DNA of 64,000 nucleotides from Eledone cirrhosa (Eukaryota): NCBI GenBank assembly GCA_964016885.1, contig OZ024747.1, positions 15,748,001 to 15,812,000 of the forward strand, read 5' to 3'. Shown piece by piece: positions 1 to 13,562 of this stretch (position 1 is its first letter; each line of letters starts with the position of its first letter). The notes under the pieces were generated by a model. It saw only the letters and a program-made list of their open reading frames with translations, ran no database searches and was not told where the DNA came from. The position numbers and the translations under genes were made by a program.

Positions 1-170
1 ACAACTTTTTCCAAGGAAGGGATTGAAATAAAAAGGCAGAATTACGAAATAACTATCACAAATACATTACAGTCACTGCTGCAAAACAAAACATCAATAC
101 AGGAAAATAGAAACGAAATATTTATCATAACGATAACAAAACTGAAAGCAAGTAGGGTTAGATAACTTAC

Positions 171-231
171 AGGGTGCTGCATGACAGCAGGCTACCACCG
201 CTAGGAGAAGCAAACCAAGAGTTTTAGACAT
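171..231 (-). CDS. Exon 1 of a tandem paralogous secreted protease (MSKTLGLLLLAVVACCHAAP); gene continues beyond window start
   Basis: Near-identical to 8211-8271, same 61-nt length and GTAAGT donor; upstream ~600 bp also homologous. Confidence 0.85.
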
Positions 232-1200
232 GATGATGAAATTCTTAGATGTGACACTTTACGTGTCATATATATATATATATACATATATAAAATATTT
301 CTTCCTCACTTTTTTCCTCTCTGTATCTCTCCGTGACATAAAGCAAAAACATGCCTTTATTTCTTTTTCATATAAATAAATTGTTAAGTATAAAGAAGCA
401 ATATTTCTTTAAATAAAATAGACATTACTATGCTCGTTGTTTTGAAATCAATATTTCTTATTATTTTCATTGGAACAATCAATACGGCCTTTCTTTTCTT
501 ACTCTTTATTCCAAAAGAAATTTTCTTTTAAAAATGTAGCACTTTTCATACTAAAATGATTGCGTTAACTTTACGCGTTTCTCAGAATAAACTTTTTTTT
601 ATTGAACAAAAGTGTTTGAATACAAGATGAAAACGTTATATAGTGGCATATTGATAGTGTTTTATTAAGATTATTGTCAATACGTTTTCCTATTGATATT
701 AAGTAATAAACGTGTTTCAAAAGATATAACATTATTGGGTTAAAACGAAATATGAATAGAATAGAATTATATTTTCACTTATTTTTCTCTCCTTACCTGG
801 CCAAATTCTAAAACTTGTTGGCTTCCAAACATATTATCATATCTATCGTAGTTGTTATATCACATGTATTCTAAGGTAGCATTGAAGAGGCAAAATCACA
901 AGCTGAGTAATACTGAATGAATTTACAGAAAAGGAAGCGCTAGCACTTATTTTTTAAGTTTAGAATATATAACACAAGGTGGGGCATTTTGTTTTATTTA
1001 CCAACCTCAAACCCTTTGTATCTATGAGAGCAATGTCCATTTTGAACGAGATAAAACAGTGCTATAAAAATTGCATCATCAATCAGAATCATGTGATGAG
1101 TCTATAATTGATTTAGAGTATCGTTTATAATTTCAGGTAATATTTCATATATACGTTTTATACACAAAAATGTCAAATTTATATATTTATTACTGAAACC

Positions 1201-2408
1201 AGCTGAGAATAGACTTCGCTGATGACGAAAGGATTTCTCCATGCGTTCCTTCGGAAACCATGTTTATTCCCTTTCAGAAACTAATTAGCTGGAGTGAAAT
1301 TTTAGTAAGTAAGTTAATTTTTATAATTTTCTTATTTTACGTCTTTCATATTAATGTTCTGCATCCCCTTGCATTGAACCACAAAATTACTAAGACAAAA
1401 CCTATATATTTGCTAGCATAGGTATGCATCTGTAGATATATGTTGGTAGATATACTAATTCTTTATAATTACCTCCAAATTATTTTGTTGATCAAAAATT
1501 TGCCAAAACTGCTACTATAGTTCATAGTAAAGGTTCGGCTGCTGTCTTCTTAACACACCACTCCTCACTGATTAACCTCGATGTCACGTGATTGATTCTT
1601 TTGAATTTGTCACCGATCAAGTAAGCAGGGATTTTTTCTATGTCTTGGAACTTAGTCCACGCTTTGCTTTTTTCCATCCACTGAATTATTTTTGTATAAG
1701 TTCCCTGTGTCCACGTATTGCCTGGGAACTTAGCTGAGAATAGACGTCCCTGGTGACGAAAGGATTTCTCTATGCGTTCCTTCGGAAACCCTGTTTATTC
1801 CCTTTCAGAAACTAATTAGTTGGAGTGAAATTTTAGTAAGTTAATTTTTATAATTTTCTTATTTTACGTCTTTCATATTAATGTTCTGCATCCCCTTGCA
1901 TTGAACCACAACGTTACTAAGACAAAACCTATATATTTGCTAGCATAGGTATGCATCTGTAGATATATGTTGGTATATATATTAATTCTTTATAATTACC
2001 TCCAAATTATTTTGTTGAGCAAAAATTTGCCAAAACTGCTACTATAGTTCATAGTAATGGTTCGGCTGCTGTCTTCTTAACACACCACTTCTCACTGATT
2101 AACCTCGATGTCACGTAATTGATTCTTTTGAATTTGCCACCGACGCAGTAGGCAGTGATTTTTTCAATGTCTTGGAACTTAGTCCACGCTTTGCTTTTTT
2201 CCATCCACTGAATTATTTTTGTATAAGTTCCCTGTGTCCACGTATTGCCTGGGAACTTAGGTGAGAATTGACTTCCCTGATGACGAAAGGATTTCTCCAT
2301 GCGTTCCTTCGGAAACCATGTTTATTCCCTTTTAGAAACTAATTAGTTGGAGTGAAATTTTAGTAAGTAAGTAAATTTTTATAATTTTCTTATTTTACGT
2401 CTTTCATA
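1201..2408 (+). repeat. Tandem array of ~530-bp monomers (2.3 copies), each starting with a hammerhead motif
   Basis: Units start at ~1201, ~1732, ~2259; core positions 1219, 1750, 2277 (periods 531 and 527). Confidence 0.9.
2263..2361 (+). ncRNA. Type I hammerhead ribozyme motif (best copy of the 530-bp family; others near 1205-1303 and 1736-1834)
   Basis: ACTTCC-CTGATGA-C-GAAAGG...CCTTT(T/C)-A-GAAAC-TAATTA-GTT-GGAGT; self-complementary stem III, imperfect stem I, GUU site. Confidence 0.6.
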
Positions 2409-2441
2409 TATATATATATGTATAATGAGAGAGAGACAAAG

Positions 2442-2530
<89 letters not shown>

Positions 2531-2548
2531 TGTATGTATATGAGATAC

Positions 2549-2586
<38 letters not shown>

Positions 2587-2818
2587 TTGCAAACGTGCAT
2601 GCATGTATGCATATGTGACAAATCTTTCTGAATGAGATTTGAGTTGAAATATAATTCCAAAGATGCAAACGATGCCATCTTGATATTTTACTTAGTAGAC
2701 AAATTAATATTTTTTAAGAACATATTTATATAATATGCAAATATATAATTCAAGACAGGACACCATTTTTGATAATACATTTTATTTATTTAGATAACTT
2801 GTTCATAATTCGACCACT

Positions 2819-2974
2819 TTACATTGTGTAATCACCTATGAAATCCAGGTAATTGGCTGTGTTGGCAAATACACCAAATCCTTCATCACAATCAAATCCA
2901 TAGGAAGCAACACCAGCAACAACATACTTGTTATCAGATTTTCTTCTGCATATAAGGCCACCGCCAGAATCTCC
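2819..2974 (-). CDS. Protease exon 6 (GDSGGGLIC...GVASYG...YTM*)
   Basis: Ser195 motif GDSGG; stop at 2819-2821. Confidence 0.94.
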   Translation of the reverse strand, partial: GDSGGGLICRRKSDNKYVVAGVASYGFDCDEGFGVFANTANYLDFIGDYTM

Positions 2975-5900
2975 CTGTGAATATATGTTGTAACATTGTT
3001 TGTTATTACGGAAATAAATACTAGAAAAAAAATACAAATATATACTGACATAGAAGCATCTATTTGTTATTCTTTTGTTAAAATCATTTGACTGTGGACA
3101 GGCGTCCATATTCTCCAGTGAAGTTAGACATATATGCTTCCCAAAGTAATCACCTTAACCCTTTAGCCTTTACATTACTCTATATATACTACTATATGTA
3201 TCTCACATAATATTGAATCTATGAGATTTTTATATTATTTATTTTGAGAAAAATACCTTAACATCAGTATGTGTGGCTGGTTATGGTTATTAAAAACTCT
3301 TTATTTCTTTACATCCAAATGATTGAATATATGATTGCAGTCATAGTAGTATTGTTTAAAATTTTGCTTCGAGACCACGCGTCTTCAAGTTTGAAAATAC
3401 ATCCTATTCAATACAGTGGAGTTTTATTCCGTTCAAGCTGATGCCTCAGCAAACCCTCTGTCCAAAGTTAGAAACTTGCCACATGATACAATGATATATT
3501 TTTTTGCAATGCCTCAATATTATGTGGAATGTTTCTAAAAAAACACTTTCAATTATATATATATATTTTGTTATTGCTGTTGGTGACCTGAATGAAAATG
3601 TGTTATCCAAATTTCATTTAGTTTATAATACCAATTATTAGAGTGATATTACTGGGTGTTGTTTCTTTAAAATACATGCTCCGAAATATTTGATGCAACG
3701 AGTTCATATCAGAGTGGATTTAATTATTCAGCTTCATACGAACATTCAATATCTGGAATATCTGAGGATCAAACTTAGGTGGTTAACATACTACATGAGC
3801 ACCATATTTGTTTGATCATGACTAGCCTTGGAATAACTAAAACTAGCACTTACAAATGAAATTCTTTAAGGTGTTTTCATATTTGAAAGGTAAGCATAAA
3901 AGAGATATGTTAGTAAAATGAAATATTTTTCCGAAAGAGTCAGTTATTGATTAAGGTAATATAATCTGAAAAAAATATATATCATCTTACGTTACAAATA
4001 TTTTCTCCATTTCTTTTAAGGTCTCCAGTACAAATATGCTTTGCAACAGTAGCACCGTTTGAATAAATCTGACATTTGTCGTTGTCAATGATATCAATGC
4101 CCGTCCTTCGCATTTGAGTTGGTAAAATTCCATTCTCTACATAAGAAAAGTTAAGATATTTCTTGTGAAGAAAGAAAATTTAAAATAGTATATTGAGCAA
4201 ATATATGGATTAAAAATAATAATAATTTTATCAATTAGCAAAATATACCTCCTATCTGTCCCCATCCTGCTGTAATGCATCTCGTGTAGTAAGTATCTCC
4301 TTCACGTGGCAAGTCAATAGGCTTGACACATTCACTGACAGAAACTGGCCTTCTGAGTTCTAGGACTGCTACATCATTATCTGAAAGAAGCAATGAAATA
4401 TTGTAATGAATATCTTTCACTTCAGGTGACGGCTGCTATTAATCAATCTTAGACATCCACAAAATCTCTGCAGTGGGAATACAATATTCATAAGCTTGTA
4501 ACCCTATCTTCTTTTCACTCAATTATCTCGCTCAATCTTTGCAGTACAGAGTGGATCGAATGTAAGCTTTTCAAATGTGAATTTTTATTTACTCAAAGTT
4601 TCTATAGTATTTCTAGACAAATATATCAGACTCCTTTTATTTTTTTTACCTGGTTGAACAACAGATAAACAAGTTTTATTAAACATGGACTGAATAGTTG
4701 AAATACAGTATAGAAATAGTTGAGTATGAGTAATGAATAATCCATGAGTTGTGAATCTCAGATAGAATCAGCAATCAAAAGACAAATGGACTCCAGGATT
4801 TCCTTGTACAATTTGACAATCGTCTCCATGTACTTTAATTGAGTAGATAAGTAAAGTTACACATTTTGAAATTGTACTTGAAACCTCTGATTGTATTAAT
4901 GTCTGTCTATAAGTTGTAATTACATATTTCTATTTAAAACTAAATAAATACCAAAATCATTTACCAATAGTATGTCTTTTTACGTATTGTCGGTGTTTCA
5001 CCCACTGTCTTACGGGGACAACAATTGTGGCATTTTTCTTGTTGGTTGATCCAAAGTGAGCTGTGATAGATTTTACATGACCATCACTATAAAAGGAAAA
5101 CATCCAAATTAAGAACTATCATTAGTACCCATCATCCCTTCAAATTTCGTCAGTTCCTCATCTACCTTGTCCTTCTCCTACTCCTCATAACCAATAATAT
5201 CAGCACCTATAGCACTGAGATAGTAAAAAAAGATTTTCCGGATCCACTGTATATTTAAGGCTTTGTGCTGACATATCTATGATTAAATGCATTACACACA
5301 TGGCATTTTCGACATCATGCTTTTAAATATTTTGAAATGTATTTATGAAGGCGTTCTTTCTTTTTTTTGAGATTGGTGTGATTTGAAGATTATTTAGCTG
5401 CTATTTCCTGCAGCTCAATCAACCTCATGGATATATAACTTCTTATATAGGAACAGCTGAATGTAACTTTATAATAAAGATAATGTTTGATATATAATTA
5501 CAATATTTATTATTTTCCCTATCTTCTATTATTCACCTCATCATCTAATTTGTTCTTCATTTTCTCAACTTTTAAACACTATTGTCACCAATAATATTGA
5601 GATATTACATGAAATATACTGAGGCGTCTGTAAATTTAGGTTTCATGCCGAATGAACAGATCTCTGAAGATAGTCAACATACATAAACTTTCTGACTTCA
5701 AGTTTAGAGACTTCTTGGATAATGTTATTCAATATAGCGTTAATATCTTATGATGTTGGGTATGACTTGAAGAATATTTAACTGGTATTTCTAGCAGACT
5801 GAGAAACTACAAAGGATATCTCTCTTCTACTATATGAACATTACTTTATCATTGTTATCCAATGATTCATTGAGACTTCGGGAGAATCATCATCTTTGCA

Positions 5901-6117
5901 TTCACAGTACATTACAATCTTACAATCATTTTACATTACATGATACAGCTCTTATTTTGGAATAGAAATATTTAAGTAGATGAGCATGTATTCCCTAATA
6001 TATATATATCATGCTTGTGTGGAAGAACGGACGTAAAACGGTGATGATGATGATGATGATGATATATATACACACACACACACATATATATATATACATA
6101 TATATATATATTCATAC

Positions 6118-6207
<90 letters not shown>

Positions 6208-8271
6208 GTGTGTGTGTGTGTGTGCATGCATGTATGTGTTTGTGTACGTGTGTGAGTGTGGGTATGTTATTTAATATAAACAACCACATATTTTGAATAC
6301 GAAATAGTCATGAGAGGAGGAACTATACTCATAGACAACCACCTCTATATCTGATAGGGAGCTATAAAGCAACATATTTGAAATTCACATACTTGGAAAA
6401 ATTTAAATAGAACATTTTTCAAATTGAAAGCTTAAATCTACTTACATGCAATGAGCTGCTGTCAAAAGATGTTTATCAGTAATCAAAGTTGCACCACAGA
6501 ATGTAACTCCACCATATAGTGAAATACTAATGAATGCCATATGCGGGAACTCACAATATTTACTTTCAACTCCACTCACAATTTGCTCGTTTGCTTTGTT
6601 GGCTGAAAATATAGGAAAAGGTTTTTACTTTCTTATAGTACGCACAAATCGATGATACCATCACATAAAGGTGACATCTGAGAAGATGAGAAATGTGTCC
6701 CCAAGTGCACAAATATATGTAAAGAAAAATTTCTTTGTGTGTGTGTACAAGTATCTATCTAGGTAAGTCTATAATTCGAAATTGTAAATGTACCCAACAT
6801 ATAATCTGACTTTTGGAGTCTTTTATCTGACACTGGTGTCACAGTGGTTTCATACGTTGCTTTTTGGTGATGTGTATATTTGGGGAAACCAAAGAAAAGC
6901 TTAAAATTTGTGAATGAACAAGATCTCGACAATTTTGATAGACTAGTCAGTGCATCCTCTATTGATTTCCGCCACTTGTATTTTAGCGGAAAAGAGAAGT
7001 ATTGGAAAAAGATTATTCCACATGAATTCAATAAACATAAAAATTGCAGCCTCTATTGTTTTATTCATCAACCTGTCGTTACTCGAGATGAGGACTGTAT
7101 AATTTTCAACAAGGAAAAATGCATTGTGTAATTATTAGATGCAGACGAGTCCCTATATGTTTTTTTAAATCAACTGCTGCACCCAATAAAGTATATATTG
7201 CCTGTATAGTGATTAGCAAAATACATAATTTGCTATTTGATTGTGCAATAATACGTTAATCTGAATTATTATAATTTCAGTATAAGACATAGCACAAAAA
7301 CAAATATGAAATAGTCATATAAATATAGGCATCAGATATATTGATTGAGACTATAAAGTATTTCTGTGATAGTTTTTTAAATAAATTCTAATCTAGTTTA
7401 CCTTTCTTTCATTGTCTCTCACCATCTCGCTCAATATATATTTTACCTATAATTATTCACATGAAATCTTTTCTATTTCTCATCTCGTATCAAAGACCTG
7501 AATATGAAGTGAAATTGATTTTAACTTTTCGACCAGTGAAATATTTAATACACTTCTCCACTCCCAACGTTAAACATTCCTTGACTCAAATATATCCTGT
7601 TTCCCATCTGAAATTACCATGCCATCATTAACACTACAATAAAAAGTTATTTGGCTGCTAAGAGAGAACTCATATAACGTTCATGATGCGTTGGTATAGA
7701 TTATTACTAAACTTATGTGTGTAGTAGACATAATAAACTGCCTGGTTTAAGGCCACACCTGGTCCATGACTATCTTTGCCCATGCCCTTTCTGTGCAAAC
7801 ATTCAAACTAGATCTCTTGCTTGAAAATATTCTCTCGTCCCTCTCACTTATCATGATGTTCCTCAAATGTGTTGAGGGTACTACATGTATCCCTTGAAAA
7901 AGATATTAAGGAAAATATTTCCCCTTTAAGAAAGCTGCTTAATTAAATTTCTCACTCATGTGCAAACATTAAATATGGATGGTTCTCGATATCCAATACT
8001 TAAATAGTGTTTTCTTAAAGCCTCAAACCATCACAGGCAATGCAACTTTTTCTCTTCAGTTGAATTTGAAATAAGAAATCAAATGTACAAAACTACATGC
8101 CACAAAATATCTTATCCTCCACTTTACAGATTCTGCCACAATACAAAACATTAATATATTTAACTGAAGGAAAAATAAATTATGAAAATAAGTTCAGTTA
8201 GATAACTTACTGGGAACTGCATGGCAGCAGGCTACCACTGCAAGGAGAAGCAAGCCTAGAACTTTAGACAT
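2819..8271 (-). CDS. Secreted S1A (trypsin-fold) serine protease, 6 coding exons, 257 aa; join(complement 8211-8271, 6446-6602, 4965-5086, 4249-4380, 3991-4136, 2819-2974)
   Basis: Spliced by hand: all introns GT..AG, phases 1,2,1,1,0 are consistent, total 774 nt. Signal peptide MSKVLGLLLLAVVACCHA, mature start IVSG, catalytic triad motifs LTAAHC / NDVAVLEL / GDSGG. AATAAA on the minus strand near 2781-2786. Confidence 0.93.
3991..4136 (-). CDS. Protease exon 5 (NGILPTQMRR...KC...HICTGD...GENICN)
   Basis: Cys168/182/191 pattern; GTAAGA donor, phase 0. Confidence 0.9.
4249..4380 (-). CDS. Protease exon 4 (NDVAVLEL...CITAGWG)
   Basis: Asp102 motif and GWG; ctttcAG acceptor, GT donor. Confidence 0.93.
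4965..5086 (-). CDS. Protease exon 3 (DGHVKSITAHFGSTNK...WVKHRQY...)
   Basis: ttttatAG acceptor, GTAAAT donor, open frame with matching phases. Confidence 0.87.
6446..6602 (-). CDS. Protease exon 2 (NKANEQ|IVSGVESKYCEFPHM...FCGATLITDKHLLTAAHC)
   Basis: tttcAG acceptor, GTAAGT donor, His57 motif. Confidence 0.93.
8211..8271 (-). CDS. Protease exon 1 (signal peptide MSKVLGLLLLAVVACCHAVP)
   Basis: ATG at 8271, hydrophobic leader, donor GTAAGT after 8211. Confidence 0.88.
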
Positions 8272-8920
8272 GGTGATAAGATTCTTACTGGTGATAAGAT
8301 TCTTATTTTAAAACTGCTTACATGCCATATTTATACTTATGTATGGATTGTGCCCCACTTATTCTTTCTCTCAATGCTCCTCTCCCCCACCTCCTTTCTC
8401 TCTCTCGTCTCTCTTTATATATTTATGAAGTAGAAAATATATCTTTCAAAATAATTTTTCATATATATAAATTGTTAAGTATAAAGAAGAAGTAAACATT
8501 TAAATAAAATAAATATTACAGTGCTTGTGACTTTGAAATCAATAATTCTTATTATTTTCATTGAAGTAATCAATATCTCCTTTATTTTCTTACGCAGTAT
8601 TCTAAAGGAAATTTTCTTTAAAAAAATCTGACATCCCTCACACTGAAATGATCATGTTAACATTATGCATTTCTCAGAAATATTTATTTTTCCGGAACAC
8701 AAATGTTTGCAGAAAGGAGTAAAACTTTATATACTGATATATTAGTAGTTTTCTTAAAGTGATTGTTGATATTTTTCATCACGCTATTTGTCAAATATCT
8801 TCCCATTGAAATAAGCTTAAAGTGTTAAAATCAAATATGAATAGAATTATTTTTCACATATAGTTTCTAGTAATACCTAACCATGTTCTGAGACCACCTG
8901 TTGGATCCCAAACAAAATTT
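8272..8920 (-). promoter_or_regulatory. Putative proximal promoter of the protease, duplicated upstream of the paralog (~232-830)
   Basis: TATAAA on the minus strand at 8330-8335; alignable blocks such as taaattgttaagtataaagaag and tttgaaatcaat..ttcttattattttcattg occur at both loci. Confidence 0.55.
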
Positions 8921-9590
8921 CTTTCTTCATTTATCATCTGTCGACTTTTAAGAAGTACACTAAACATCATACATAACCGTCTGACTATATCTACATAGAG
9001 TTGTATGTTTAAATTGTTTGGTCTTTCAGTAAATCTTCACTAAAATTTGATATAACTCAGAAACATCCTCACTGAACAGGCCAAATAAGTCCAATATATT
9101 GCTTGAATCCTCCTCTCAGCATTGTATTTTTGATAAATTTTAACTACTTAGCATTTCATAATATTAATATATTACCAGCTTTACTATGAATAATCCCACC
9201 TAGACTATTATACCTGCATACAGAGACACATTCTGCAGAGTATATGGGGTTAATTTATCTAGTAACCATAACTATGGAAGGAAACATGGTATTGGGGTTG
9301 CTTGTGGCCTGAAGAAATTTGTGTATATATACTGTATATTTAAATGTGTGTGAGTATATTTCCACTTTTGTGTTTGTGTGGATGCGTTTCTATGTGTATA
9401 TGTGCATGAGAAAGGGAGGACGTGATAGAGAGAGAGATGGTGTTGCGACAGAGAGAAAAATAGATAGGTAATTAGTCACATATTTTATATATAGTTATAT
9501 ACATATATATATAGGTTAATAGAAAAGGCTGATATTAATATAATCAGGGAAGATCATTATTTCTTATTACATTACAAATAATGATCTTCT

Positions 9591-9771
9591 CTGACAGTAT
9601 CAGTAGAGGGTCGGACGCCATGCTTTGACGCATAGAGTTACGGCCCTTGTCATTCTGAATTCAAATCCCGCCGAGGTTAACTTTGCCTTTCATCCTTACG
9701 GGGTCGATAACATAAAGTGCCAGTAATGTACTTGGTAATTGCTGGCCTTGTGCCAACAGTAGAAACAATTA
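9591..9771 (+). mobile_element. tRNA-derived SINE (family A), partial
   Basis: B-box-like GAATTCAAATC and family core ttgcctttcatccttacggggtcgataa. Confidence 0.8.
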
Positions 9772-12587
9772 TTTGTTATTACATTAGATAATACATAGAT
9801 ATGCATATAATATAACATTTTACATATTTATATTTTCCTGCACTTATTAAAACAGATTCATGATATTACTTAACTTATAGTTACAGTGAAACCTATGTTC
9901 AACTCTAAAGTGCCAGTATTTAAAAAAAAATACATGCATACATGTGTTTGGACGAATTAGACTCAACATTTCAATGCATTCAGACATTTGCTCCGTCATA
10001 CTGCTTGTGACGTTTTATATTTAGTTGATAAATGATAATTGAGTTGTCATGCTACTAATATTTCAAAACAGTTGGAATTAATATATATGTGTGCATTGGA
10101 GAATATAAATAGACAACTTCATGGGTGCTGATAAAATGACTTGAAACATAGCTGAAAATGTGATTTCTTCTGAGTGGAAAGCTACTTTACCTTATTAAAT
10201 ACACCTGACACGTTTCCAATTTTGTTGTCTGTGATTTCAACTTTGAAGTTCTTTTCGAAGTAGTTAGTATTTTCATTTTGTAATTTTGATATACATTATA
10301 CACAGATATTTAAACAATGAAGGGCATACTGAAAACCATTGTATGTTTGATATATAAGTGGATGAATTCAGTGCCTCAATATATGCTATGTAAAGACTTG
10401 ACAGAACAATTAAAGTATAATTCCGAGAAGGCAGCTCACGAGCAGTAGTCCATGTGTTTGTCTTTTCCAAGTTTTCTGTACTCAATATACCCCCTTTTTT
10501 TGTTTTTTAATATTAACATTGTATAAGACAGCCTAATTTTTAAACCCAAACTGACGTGATTCTCTCTCTCTCTCTCTCCCACTTTCTCTTTGTATCCTCT
10601 CTTTTTCCCCTCTCCCTTCGTCTATCTATTTATCTCTATCTCTCCCTTTATATCTATCTATCTATCTCTTTTGTCTCTCTCTCTCTCTTTGTTCTCTCTA
10701 CTGCCCAACCTACCAAATTCTCATGAGGTTTCTTTTGCTCTTTTTTTTTAATTTGACCACTGACTGACTGATTCGACTTTTCTTTTCTCTTTGTGTGTGT
10801 GTATGTACGTGTGTGTGTGTGCGCACGCACGCGTGTCTGTGTGGGCGTGTGTGTGTGTGTGCGCGCGCGCGTGTGTGTGCGTGCATGTGTGTGAGTATTG
10901 GAAGTATGTTTGTATTTATTTATGCTTATATACATATATGAATATGTATATGTGCGTGTGAAAATATGTCATTTCTTATATGTATGTATTAATTTTTGCT
11001 TGACACGTGTTAATTAGAAAAATAAAATAATTTAATCTCGAATATTGTACGACATCATGTGACTACATTACACCTTTGAATATAAATACCAAAATGCAAT
11101 ATTAGTTTAGAGTTCTTTATATTATAATTTAAGAAGCAAACAAAAATCCTAAAAAAATATATATCAGAATAATTCAAAAAATCTTCGAAACCTGCTACAC
11201 AGAGAAATATCTTTTTAGAACGACGTCGTCATCAACAATGCCAGTTGCAGCAACCAAATAATATGAAACAGAGAAAGCTGAAGATTTTAAAATGTTTTAA
11301 GTAGAAGAGAAAGAAAGAGAAAGCCTGAATATAGAAGTGTACATTGAATGTTGTTATAAGCAATCTAGTTAGAACTTCAAAGACAAGGAATGACATAAAA
11401 AGATTTAAAGGAATGAATAATCGTGTGAAAATCAATGACAAAGCGACAATGAAGTTATTCAAATGATAAAATGTGACACTTTTTTTTCTTTTCTGTATAT
11501 TTATTTATTTTTAAGAATTGCTATTCTAGTGATAAAGTTTTTTCAAAAGAAGAAAAAACATATTTCTCTTTTTCGCTTTTCTAATTGTCTTTTCTTTTAA
11601 AATTTGTTTCTGTTGTGTTGATATTTCTCGTAAAACTATTTGAGAAATACAATAAAATGAAACGAGTAGAGAGTGACGGGTATGCAGATAAGCTTAATCG
11701 TAGACAGACAACGTCCAGGGAGAGGAAACAGCCAACAAAACATTGCCCCTCATGAGTTCAACACGAAAAATAAAATGAAATCACAAAATGTATATCTAAC
11801 AATGATTGAGCGTCAAGCAAAGTCAATAGACCTGTTATAAACCATTGTCAATACAGCAGTCAGCATTCAAACAAATCTTTTATCTGGCTTGTCAGTAAAT
11901 GCACAGTATCATTGTAGGTAGAAAAGAATGCAGTATAAAGCACCACGAGATAGTGAAGCCAGTTTTCTTTGGAAACATTTCAACTCGAAAGTATATTTTT
12001 CTTATTATTTGTAATATTTTGTATTTGTGAATTTAGCCATCAATGAATCTTAACAAGTTGCTCTATACTTTTGGGAATGACACTGGAAGAAGATACATTC
12101 ATTGAAGTCCATAACGATGGTCTGAGCATTAACAAACGGTATAGAAATAAGAATGGCTCTTACTTAAAGAATTACTCCCACAGTTACTTCTGTTACGACC
12201 GATGAGATGGTGGTGCATTAGTGGGAAATATAGAAACATAGGCATTGTTTTCCAGTTGATCGAAAGAAAATAAGTTTCAAAAAATTTACAAAAATAGCAA
12301 TGGAGAGCCACAAAATGACACACACACACACACACACATTTTACAAATAAAATCAAATGATTCATATTGTATCAGTTTTTGCAATAATTTAAGATTTGAA
12401 TGAAAATTATTTCCAATGTGTAATTTTATTGGATTTTAAAACAATCCCAGTCTTGTATCTTTGTTAGACTTGGAGACAAATGTCTTCTTTATGAAATAGT
12501 GATCATTGAAATACTGTCTCCATATTGGTTTCTGTTATTAGTTCTGAATGAAGAATATAATATTATCATTATTATTAATAATAATAA

Positions 12588-13032
12588 AGGGCGGTGGATT
12601 GGCAGTATCGGTATCGGGTCGGACGACATGCTTTGCAGCAAAGAGTTACGGCCATTTATGATCTGAGTTCAAATACCGCCGAGATTAATTTTGCCTTTCA
12701 TCCTTAGGGGTCGATAAAATAAAGTACCAGTAATGTACTGGGGTTGATTTAACCGACTTCCTTCTCCCCTATGCGTATCCTAGAAATCATTATTATTAGT
12801 ATTATTAGGGCGGTGGATTGACAGTATCGGTAGAGCATCGGACACCATGATTTGCAGCATAGAGTTACGCCCTTTTATTATATGAGTTCAAATCACGCCG
12901 AGGTTAGCTTTGCCTTTCATCCTACGGGGTCGATAAAATAAAGCACCAGTAATGCACTCGGGTCGATTTAATCGACTTACCCCTCCCCCAAAATTGCTGG
13001 CCTTGTGGTTATATAAGAAACCATTATTATTA
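12588..13032 (+). mobile_element. Two tandem tRNA-derived SINEs (family A): ~12588-12800 and ~12807-13032
   Basis: A box TGGCAGTATCGG, B box GAGTTCAAAT, conserved core, (ATT)n tail. Confidence 0.85.
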
Positions 13033-13160
13033 ATATTACTGTTATCATCATCATCATAGTTGTTAATTTTTTTTTATTATTATCCCTAATCATAAAATAT
13101 TCTCGGGACACATTTACTACTATTTACAACCAAGAGAGTAACAATGCCTGAGAGAGACAG

Positions 13161-13196
<36 letters not shown>

Positions 13197-13209
13197 ATAT
13201 ATATATACA

Positions 13210-13562
13210 CGAGAATGCTGAGGATGGCTCTGAACATTAATCAGTATACACTGAGGAAGAAAAAACTCAGAGCTGTATGGGAGCATCCCAAAAGTCAGCT
13301 CAAATGTGACACAGAGGAGACTGAGGTTAGCTGGACATGCTCACCGACATCCAGAGTTGATATTGCACTCAGTGCTCCTGTGAGAGCCCTTACATGGACA
13401 CACTAGAAGAGGAAGACCGAGGTTAACGTATGTTGATGCCCTAAGCACAGACACTGGTCTGTTGGAGACGCAGGACATGGCAAGGATAATGAGGGACAGA
13501 GACCACTGGAGAGAACCACATGGACCGCATGGATCTCGGGAATTTTACCCGCCTTAGAATAG
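13210..13562 (+). mobile_element. LINE (RTE-like) 3' end remnant
   Basis: Frameshifted MLRMALNI...RLRLAGHAHRHPELI...RRGRPRLTYVD typical of the RT C-terminal region; flanked by (TA)n. Confidence 0.6.

Noticed and set aside
1219-1270. Alternative HHR/SECIS-like fold using the first GAAAC (ggaaaccatg)
   Set aside because: No stem I partner in that register; no nearby in-frame UGA gene for a SECIS
2049-2300. 83-aa ORF in the 530-bp repeat
   Set aside because: No recognisable domain; antisense to the hammerhead; no equivalent ORF is listed for the adjacent copy
5662-5710. CTGAAGA-T-AGTCA..TGACT hammerhead-like string in a protease intron
   Set aside because: GAAA is absent (CAAG); single copy; could be chance or very decayed
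12588-12680. tRNA gene
   Set aside because: A/B boxes belong to SINE heads; no cloverleaf and many decayed copies
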